Shown piece by piece: positions 58,283 to 64,000 of a stretch of 64,000 nucleotides of DNA. The stretch is taken from NCBI GenBank assembly GCA_029934055.1, contig JAOZMZ010000002.1:14489-78488 (forward strand). Reading direction: 5' to 3'. A program made the position numbers and the translations under genes. Each line of letters opens with the position of its first letter. The first letter of the stretch is position 1. The stretch comes from Kiritimatiellia bacterium. Lineage in GTDB: Bacteria; Verrucomicrobiota; Kiritimatiellia; B70-G9. The notes beneath the pieces were generated by a model. It was not told the DNA's origin, did no database searches, and was given only the letters and a program-made list of their open reading frames with translations.

Positions 58283-58410
58283 CTCCAACCAACAACCCAG
58301 CAACCCAACAACCCAACAACTCAGCAACCCAACAACCCAACAACTCAGCAACCCAACAACCCAACAACCCAACAACCAAACAACCCACAACCCGACAACC
58401 CTCAACCACT
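58283..58410. repeat. Simple-sequence repeat built on CAACCCAA / CAACAACT units (including two exact 24-bp copies, CAACCCAACAACCCAACAACTCAG)
   Basis: Direct reading gives ...caaccaacaacccag caacccaacaacccaacaactcag caacccaacaacccaacaactcag caacccaacaacccaacaacccaacaaccaaacaacccacaacccgacaaccc... Confidence 0.8.
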
Positions 58411-58552
58411 AACTCCCCGACCTCCGCCTTCCGTCTTCTGTCTTCCCCCCCATCAACCATCAACCAATACCCATTAACCATTGACCTCCCCGGCCGACGT
58501 AGCCTTGGCGTAGTCGGCCGACCTCCGCACCCCTCACCGGGAGACCGCTCTG

Positions 58553-59152
58553 ATGCATATCTCTGAAGGCATCCTCTCAGCTCCCGTCCTGGCCGGTGGA
58601 GGTCTCCTCACGGCCGTCGGAACCGCCCTGGGACTGCGCCGCCTCACCCCGGAACGCCTGCCCCGCGTCGCCGTCATGGGCGCCGCCTTCTTCGTGGCTT
58701 CCCTCGTCCATGTCCCCATCGGTCCCAGCAGCGCCCACCTCATCCTCAACGGCCTCTGCGGCCTGATTCTCGGCTGGAGTGCCTTTCCGGCACTGCTGGT
58801 ATCCCTCTTCCTGCAGGCACTGCTCTTCGGCTTCGGCGGCTTGACCACCCTCGGCGTCAACACCTTCGACATGGCCGCCCCGGCGGTCGCCTGCGCGTGG
58901 CTCTTCGGCAAGGCCTGCAACAATCCCGCGCGGCCGCGCCTGGTCTTCGCCGCCGGCGCCGCCGCCGGCGCCCTGGCGGTCGCCCTCGGATGCCTTGCGA
59001 CCGCCACGGCCCTTTTCCTTTCCGGCCGCGAATTCATCCCCGCCATCATCGCCCTGGCCGCAGCCCACATCCCCATCATGATCGCCGAAGGCCTCATAAC
59101 CGGCTGGGCCGCATGGTTCCTCGCCAAAATCAAACCGGAGTTGTTACGATGA
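58553..59152 (+). CDS. cbiM: ECF-type Ni/Co transporter substrate-capture component CbiM/NikM
   Basis: N-terminus MHISEGILS (the Met1-His2 metal-binding start of CbiM/NikM), multiple TM helices, and the SSAHLILNG motif. Confidence 0.85.
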   Translation: MHISEGILSAPVLAGGGLLTAVGTALGLRRLTPERLPRVAVMGAAFFVASLVHVPIGPSSAHLILNGLCGLILGWSAFPALLVSLFLQALLFGFGGLTTLGVNTFDMAAPAVACAWLFGKACNNPARPRLVFAAGAAAGALAVALGCLATATALFLSGREFIPAIIALAAAHIPIMIAEGLITGWAAWFLAKIKPELLR

Positions 59153-59715
59153 AAACGACAGCCACAACAACCCGCGCCCTTTTCCTGATCGCAGCCGTCC
59201 TCCTGGCCGCCCCCTCGGCCCGCGCCCACAAGTTGCTGCTCTTCGCCACGCACTCCGGCACGACCGTCACCGGCCGGGCATACTTCCCCGGCGGCATCCG
59301 TGCGCAGGGCATCCCGGTCACGCTCTCCGACTCTTCCGGACATGTTCTCGCCACCGCCTCCACCGATACCAACGGCGCTTTCCGCCTCCCCGCCCCCCGG
59401 CTCCCCGCCTGCACCCTCACCGCGGAGACCGTGGACGGCCACCGCGCCGTCTTTCATCTCGCCCTTGCGGCCGCCACGCCCGGCGACGCTGCCCCGCCTG
59501 CCGACTCACCAGCCCCGCACGCCTCGTCCCCGCCTCCCGCACCCGACAGCGAACTCGCCGCCCAAATCCAGGCCCTGCGCGATCACCTCTACCTGCACGA
59601 CATCCTCGGCGGCGTCGGCTACATTCTCGGCATCTGGGGAACGATCTGCTTCCTGCTCGCCCGCCGCCGTCAACCACCGCGCCCTGAAACCGGAAAAAAG
59701 GATCTCCGCCCATGA
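59149..59715 (+). CDS. Small two-TM accessory component of the Ni/Co ECF transporter (CbiN/NikN- or NikL-like) with an inserted periplasmic beta-sandwich
   Basis: ATGA overlap with the cbiM stop. N-terminal TM/signal sequence ALFLIAAVLLAAP. A periplasmic segment with a carboxypeptidase-regulatory-like pattern (TVTGRAYFPGG...SDSSGHVLATASTDTNGAFRL). C-terminal TM GGVGYILGIWGTICFLLARRRQ. Confidence 0.5.
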   Translation: MKTTATTTRALFLIAAVLLAAPSARAHKLLLFATHSGTTVTGRAYFPGGIRAQGIPVTLSDSSGHVLATASTDTNGAFRLPAPRLPACTLTAETVDGHRAVFHLALAAATPGDAAPPADSPAPHASSPPPAPDSELAAQIQALRDHLYLHDILGGVGYILGIWGTICFLLARRRQPPRPETGKKDLRP

Positions 59716-60464
59716 CCTGTCTCGCCGCCATAGGTTCCAACAGCGCCGTTTCCCGCATCGATCCGCGGGTGCGCTTCCTCACCGCCCTCTGGCTGGCCGC
59801 ATGTACCGCCGTCGTCCGCAATCCCCCGGCGGTCGGCTTCGCCCTCGCCGCCGGCCTGGCACTCGTCGCCGCCGCCCGAATTCCACCGCACCGCGTCATC
59901 CGCCGCCTCGTCCCCCTTAACATCTTCATGTTGCTGGTCCTCCTCACCCTCCCCTGGACCGTGCCCGGCCGCCCCCTCCTCAACATCGGCCCGGCGGTCC
60001 TCACCGCCGAGGGCCTGCAAAGGGCGCTGCTTTTGGCAGCCCGCGGCAACGCCCTCATGCTCATGATGATCGCGCTGCTCGGAACCATGGAAGTCACCGA
60101 TATCGCCCACGCCCTCTCGCGCCTGCACCTGCCCGCGCGCCTCGTGGGACTCTTCATCATTACCATCCGTTACATCGAAGTCCTTCACCACCACGAATTC
60201 GACCGCCTCGCGCGCGCCATGAAAAGCCGCTCGTTCCGCCCCCGCGCCGACCTGCACACCTACCGCTCCTACGGCTACCTGCTGGGCATGTTCATGGTCC
60301 GTAGTTTCGAACGTGCCGAACGCATCCTGCGCGCCATGAAAAGCCGGGGCTTCGATGGTCGCCTCCCCGCCCTCGAGGCTCCACCCCTGCGGCCGGCCGA
60401 TATCGCTTTCGCCGTCTCGACCGCCTTCGCCGGCATAATCATGCTCGGAGGGGTCCTCCCATGA
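59712..60464 (+). CDS. cbiQ: ECF transporter transmembrane T component CbiQ/NikQ
   Basis: Polytopic membrane protein of about 250 aa with R-rich cytoplasmic loops (RAMKSRSFRPR...RAMKSRGFDGR). ATGA overlaps on both sides. Confidence 0.75.
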   Translation: MTCLAAIGSNSAVSRIDPRVRFLTALWLAACTAVVRNPPAVGFALAAGLALVAAARIPPHRVIRRLVPLNIFMLLVLLTLPWTVPGRPLLNIGPAVLTAEGLQRALLLAARGNALMLMMIALLGTMEVTDIAHALSRLHLPARLVGLFIITIRYIEVLHHHEFDRLARAMKSRSFRPRADLHTYRSYGYLLGMFMVRSFERAERILRAMKSRGFDGRLPALEAPPLRPADIAFAVSTAFAGIIMLGGVLP

Positions 60465-61219
60465 GCAACGTCCTCTTCGAACTCCGCCGGATCGATTTCG
60501 CCTACGACGACACCCGTCCGGTCCTCCGCGGACTCGACTTCACCCTGCGCCGCGGCGAACGCGTCGCCCTCACCGGCCCCAACGGATGCGGCAAGAGCAC
60601 CCTCCTGCATATCATGACCGGACTCCTCAAGCCGTCCTCCGGCACCCTGGTGGCCTTCGGCCGCACCCGGCGCGAAGAAAAAGACTTCCACGAAGTGCGC
60701 CGCCGTACCGGGCTGCTCTTCCAGGACGTTGATGATCAGCTCTTCTGCCCGACCGTCATCGAAGACGTCGCCTTCGGCCCTCTCAATCTCGGCCTCGACC
60801 GTCACGCCGCCGTCCGGCGCGCCCGCGCCGTCCTCGGAACCCTCGGCCTCGATGACTTTGAAGACCGCATCACCTTCCGCCTCTCCGAAGGCGAAAAACG
60901 CCTGGTCGCCCTGGCCGGCGTCCTGGCCATGGAACCGGAAGTCATCCTCCTCGACGAACCCATGGCCGGGCTCGACGAAACCGCCGCCCGCCGCGTGGAG
61001 GAAATCATCCTCACCCTCCCCCAAACCCTGGTCATAATCGCCCACGATACGGACTTCCTCGCACGGCTTACCAGGCGCACTCTGCGCCTCCATGCCGGCC
61101 GCCTCCGGGAAGCACCGCCGGACCCTTTTCCTTCGCACGCCTCCCCCGCCGACGCGCCGGGAGGCGTACAGTCCATACGCACATCACAAGAAAGGAGCAA
61201 ACCATGCACAAAACCATGA
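60461..61219 (+). CDS. cbiO: ECF transporter ATPase component CbiO/NikO
   Basis: Walker A GPNGCGKSTLLHIM, ABC signature LSEGEKRLVALAG, Walker B ILLDEP. Confidence 0.85.
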   Translation: MSNVLFELRRIDFAYDDTRPVLRGLDFTLRRGERVALTGPNGCGKSTLLHIMTGLLKPSSGTLVAFGRTRREEKDFHEVRRRTGLLFQDVDDQLFCPTVIEDVAFGPLNLGLDRHAAVRRARAVLGTLGLDDFEDRITFRLSEGEKRLVALAGVLAMEPEVILLDEPMAGLDETAARRVEEIILTLPQTLVIIAHDTDFLARLTRRTLRLHAGRLREAPPDPFPSHASPADAPGGVQSIRTSQERSKPCTKP

Positions 61220-62430
61220 CCATCATCGCCCTCTTCTGCCTCGTTCCCGCGCTCATCACGACCGCGCAGACCAACCCGGTTTCCCGCGCGGAGTTCAAAT
61301 CCCTGGAGAACCGCCTGCATTCGTTGGAGAAACAACTCGCCGCCGAGCGCAACCCGCTCCCCGGCGCCCAGGGGCCGCTCCTCCTGGCAAAGGATATTTC
61401 CGCCTCCCTCGGGGCCACTTTCGTCCTCCAGGGAAGCTCCGGGACGACCAGCGACGTCACCGACGCCTCGGCTTCCTACGAGCTGGAGTTTCTCGCCTCC
61501 CCCATCCCCGCCGCTTCGATATATGCCCACATCGAAGCCGGCAACGGCGCCGGAATTGACGAGGATATCTCCTCGTTTTCAGGATTCAACGGCGACGCCG
61601 ACGACAGCAGCGTCGCCTTCACCGAGTTCTGGTATGCCCAGTCCTGGTTCGACGGACGCCTGGTCGTGGAAGCCGGCAAGATCTGTCTCGGCGGCCCCGG
61701 CGACAACGGCCCGGAAGAAGCCATCGCCTTCGACGCCAACCAATACGCCAACGACGAGCGCAGCCAGTTCCTTTCCCCCGCCTTCATCAACAACCTCGCC
61801 CTGGACCTTCCCGACAACGGACCGGCATTCCTCTTCCGCATCTCACCCGCCGAGCTGCTCGACCTCAATTTCGGCATCGCCGATGCCGACGCCGACATGA
61901 ACAACGTCTTCGACAACCTCTTCGCCATTGCCCAGGCCGACCTCAACCCCCATCCGCACGGCCGCGCCGGCACCTACCGCATCTACGCATGGTTCAACGG
62001 CGCCGATCACGAAAAATTCTCCGACCCCGAAAGCAAAACGGACAACTACGGTTTCGGCCTCTCCCTGGATCAGCCCCTCTCCCCCTCCCTCGGCATCTTT
62101 CTGCGCTACGGCCGTCAGCGCGCCGGCGTCGCCGCCGTCGAGCACGCCATCAGCACCGGATTCGAGCTTGCCGGCAACCCGTGGAACCGGCCCGACGATG
62201 CCTTCGGGCTCGCCGGCGGGATTCTCCTCATGAGCGACGACTGGGAAGACGCCCAGCGCGCCGCGGGCCTCGATCCCGCCCGCGAACAGCACATCGAGAC
62301 CTATTACAAGCTCCGTATCAACGACAACCTCAGTATCTCTCCGGACCTCCAGTGGATACATAACCCCGACGGCGACGCCGCCGCAGATGACGTCTGGAGC
62401 TTCGGTCTGCGCGCCCAGATGACGATTTGA
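61204..62430 (+). CDS. OprB-family (carbohydrate-selective-type) outer-membrane porin
   Basis: Signal peptide IIALFCLVPALITTAQT, then a coiled-coil N-segment, then a beta-barrel with the family C-terminus ...WSFGLRAQMTI (terminal aromatic). Confidence 0.65.
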   Translation: MHKTMTIIALFCLVPALITTAQTNPVSRAEFKSLENRLHSLEKQLAAERNPLPGAQGPLLLAKDISASLGATFVLQGSSGTTSDVTDASASYELEFLASPIPAASIYAHIEAGNGAGIDEDISSFSGFNGDADDSSVAFTEFWYAQSWFDGRLVVEAGKICLGGPGDNGPEEAIAFDANQYANDERSQFLSPAFINNLALDLPDNGPAFLFRISPAELLDLNFGIADADADMNNVFDNLFAIAQADLNPHPHGRAGTYRIYAWFNGADHEKFSDPESKTDNYGFGLSLDQPLSPSLGIFLRYGRQRAGVAAVEHAISTGFELAGNPWNRPDDAFGLAGGILLMSDDWEDAQRAAGLDPAREQHIETYYKLRINDNLSISPDLQWIHNPDGDAAADDVWSFGLRAQMTI

Positions 62431-62461
62431 TGCGCCGCCTCCCCGCAGCCGGCAACACCCT

Positions 62462-63355
62462 TCACCTCAGCATCAGCCCGGCGCGGACGAACCATGTATC
62501 GTCCGCGTCGGAGTCCACCACCTTGTTCCCGTTGCGCCGCACCTCGTAGTGCCGGTCATACGCCGCCCCTGCCGCCACCTGCAGCCATGTGTGCGGCGCC
62601 ACCAGGTACTCCACCCCCACCGCCGACCGCAATCCCTCGATCTTCAGGTCGTATTCCCCCCCGCTGTCGGCGTCACGTACGTTCCAGACGTCTCCCGCCG
62701 GCTGCGTGTCGGCGAAGACCAGCACCCCGTGCACCGGCGCCCACGTGATCCGCGGCCGCGGGAAAACCAGATTCAACCGCAAATCGTCTTTCGGCCGCCA
62801 GTCCACCCCGCCCAGCGGATAAAAATTGTCCTCACCGAAATAGCTGTCGTACGCCAGCCCCAGCCCAACCTGCACGTTCGTCCGTATCGCGTACATCGCC
62901 AGGCCCATCCCCGCCGTCCGGTAGTCGTCACCCGTAAGATGTTCGAAATCGCTGTGCAGTCCCGGGCTCAGCTCCGCCCACAGTGTCCAGCGTTCCACCG
63001 TGTGCACCACGTCCAGCGGAAGCGTAACCGTGTAGAGGTCCATATCCTCTACGTCCGTATCCGAAAAATCCAACCCGTTCCACCGGAATCCGAAACCGAC
63101 CGATGCCTCCCACCCCGGCTTGCGCATGTAGATCGGCAAGACCAGCAGATCCACCTCCTGCAACGTCACCTCCCCACTGCCGCCCGTTTCGAGATCGAGG
63201 CCGACCCGGTCCTCGTAGGTATAGGTCACCCACGAAAACTCGTCTTCCGGCATCATCTCCGCGTCTTCCCGCGCCGTCCCCGCGCCGGCCGCCGCGGCCG
63301 CCCCGCCAAAAGACGCTGCCATCACCAGGCCCACCACAAAACTCATTGCCCTCAT
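62462..63355 (-). CDS. Putative outer-membrane beta-barrel protein (hypothetical)
   Basis: Signal peptide SFVVGLVMAASFGGAAAAAG. Alternating amphipathic beta-strand pattern rich in Tyr/Gly/Asp. Terminal ...WFVRAGLMLR with a near-terminal aromatic. Confidence 0.45.
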   Translation of the reverse strand: MRAMSFVVGLVMAASFGGAAAAAGAGTAREDAEMMPEDEFSWVTYTYEDRVGLDLETGGSGEVTLQEVDLLVLPIYMRKPGWEASVGFGFRWNGLDFSDTDVEDMDLYTVTLPLDVVHTVERWTLWAELSPGLHSDFEHLTGDDYRTAGMGLAMYAIRTNVQVGLGLAYDSYFGEDNFYPLGGVDWRPKDDLRLNLVFPRPRITWAPVHGVLVFADTQPAGDVWNVRDADSGGEYDLKIEGLRSAVGVEYLVAPHTWLQVAAGAAYDRHYEVRRNGNKVVDSDADDTWFVRAGLMLR

Positions 63356-63594
63356 CGCCGTTTTTTCTCCTGTCCCCTCCTGCTCATGGACGCCCGGCGG
63401 GCGTCAGAACTCCATCCCCCGCAGTTTATCCCCCCTCTCATCCGCCGACAACGCCGATCTTTCCCCTGTGTGTCCGGGCTGCGTCCCCCTTTCCGTCCGC
63501 CGGGATCAAGCCCCGCCCCCTCAGAATCTTGCCGCTTGCCCGCGGGCCTGCTACCATCATCCCGTACCGGTCGCTGTTATTGAGAGCCCTGCTG

Positions 63595-63876
63595 ATGGTC
63601 GTTGGAATTCTTCAGGCTAGCCTCAGTATTCCGGAAGCCCGTTCCCTCAAGGACAAGCGGGCCGTTCTCCGGAGCCTCAAGGACCGCATCAAGAACCGCA
63701 TGAACGTCAGTGTCGCCGAAACCGGCGCCCACGATGCCTGGAAATCCGCCGAGCTGGCCTTTGTCACTGTCGCCGCCGACCACAAGACCGTTCAGAAACG
63801 GCTCTCCTCCCTTTCCTCCCTCCTCCACTCCGATCCCCGTTACGTCCTCGTCCACCTCCGGACCGAACTCCTCTGA
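63595..63876 (+). CDS. DUF503-family protein (YlxP-like)
   Basis: MVVGILQASLSIPEARSLKDKRAVLRSLKDRIKNRMNVSVAE matches the DUF503 N-terminus. Length is 93 aa. Confidence 0.7.
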   Translation: MVVGILQASLSIPEARSLKDKRAVLRSLKDRIKNRMNVSVAETGAHDAWKSAELAFVTVAADHKTVQKRLSSLSSLLHSDPRYVLVHLRTELL

Positions 63877-63889
63877 GCCGCCCGCCCCC

Positions 63890-64000
63890 TCAACCGGCCT
63901 CCTCGTCTCCAGCAAGATCTTTCAGCCACAGGTAGATGATTCCGCCCTCTTCCACCCTGTACTTCCCGCCCTGCCACTTTTTTACCGCTACCTCGATCTT
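63890..64000 (-). CDS. C-terminal fragment of a gene entering from the right edge (unknown product)
   Basis: The minus-strand frame is open from the window edge and reads ...KIEVAVKKWQGGKYRVEEGGIIYLWLKDLAGDEEAG, stopping at 63892-63890. Confidence 0.3.
   Translation of the reverse strand, partial: KIEVAVKKWQGGKYRVEEGGIIYLWLKDLAGDEEAG

Noticed and set aside
58410-58552. Possible cobalamin riboswitch or NiCo riboswitch upstream of cbiM
   Set aside because: I could find no B12-box (GCCACTG-like) or other conserved riboswitch core by eye. Only a short GGCCGAC...GTCGGCC hairpin is present. A covariance-model search is needed for a definitive answer.
57772-58566. A 264-aa ORF, plus several short ORFs at 57864-58481 on both strands, that translate into repetitive peptides (KLPIIGN..., NFQSLE...)
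   Set aside because: These are direct translations of the DNA repeat arrays. Periodicity in the peptide mirrors the 31-bp DNA period. No start context is present and they overlap the intergenic repeats.

Overview
This is a high-GC bacterial chromosomal window, with roughly two-thirds G+C by eye. Giant secreted proteins carrying thrombospondin-type-3 (TSP3) Ca-binding repeats, Kelch and FN3 modules suggest a PVC-superphylum-like genome (Verrucomicrobia/Planctomycetes/Lentisphaerae); that phylum call is inference. Contents from left to right:
- A partial minus-strand membrane-protease gene at the left edge.
- tRNA-His(GUG).
- A hybrid sensor kinase.
- A minus-strand type IV pilus-like pilM-pilN-pilO-pilQ (secretin) operon.
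- Divergent from it, a 4052-aa secreted multidomain subtilase (S8) with an unusual N-terminal STN/secretin-N-like domain.
- An orphan AmmeMemoRadiSam radical-SAM gene, followed by a LarE-like PP-loop enzyme and MnmA.
- A 1691-aa secreted CBM-like/TSP3 protein.
- A long minus-strand housekeeping run: hsp20, lon, argC, two bactofilins, murC.
- A nitroreductase next to an ebo-like eboC-F-D-E cluster (UbiA prenyltransferase, phosphodiesterase, DHQS-like, TIM-barrel) and a GT-C-like membrane protein.
- A third secreted protein that shares a C-terminal FN3-like tail with the other two giants.
- rplU-rpmA-(lipoprotein)-obg.
- Three tandem GT4 glycosyltransferases.
- A single-subunit Mop-like molybdenum hydroxylase.
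- A Ni/Co ECF uptake locus (DUF4198 periplasmic protein, cbiM-N-Q-O, OprB-family porin).

The most striking sequence feature lies upstream of cbiM. In a locally AT-rich intergenic region, eleven copies of a 15-bp 7-1-7 inverted repeat, TTCCAA[T/A]CATTGGAA, are phased at 31-32 bp (three helical turns). A CAACCCAA-type simple repeat follows directly. Many long antisense 'shadow' ORFs in the track are GC artefacts and were rejected.
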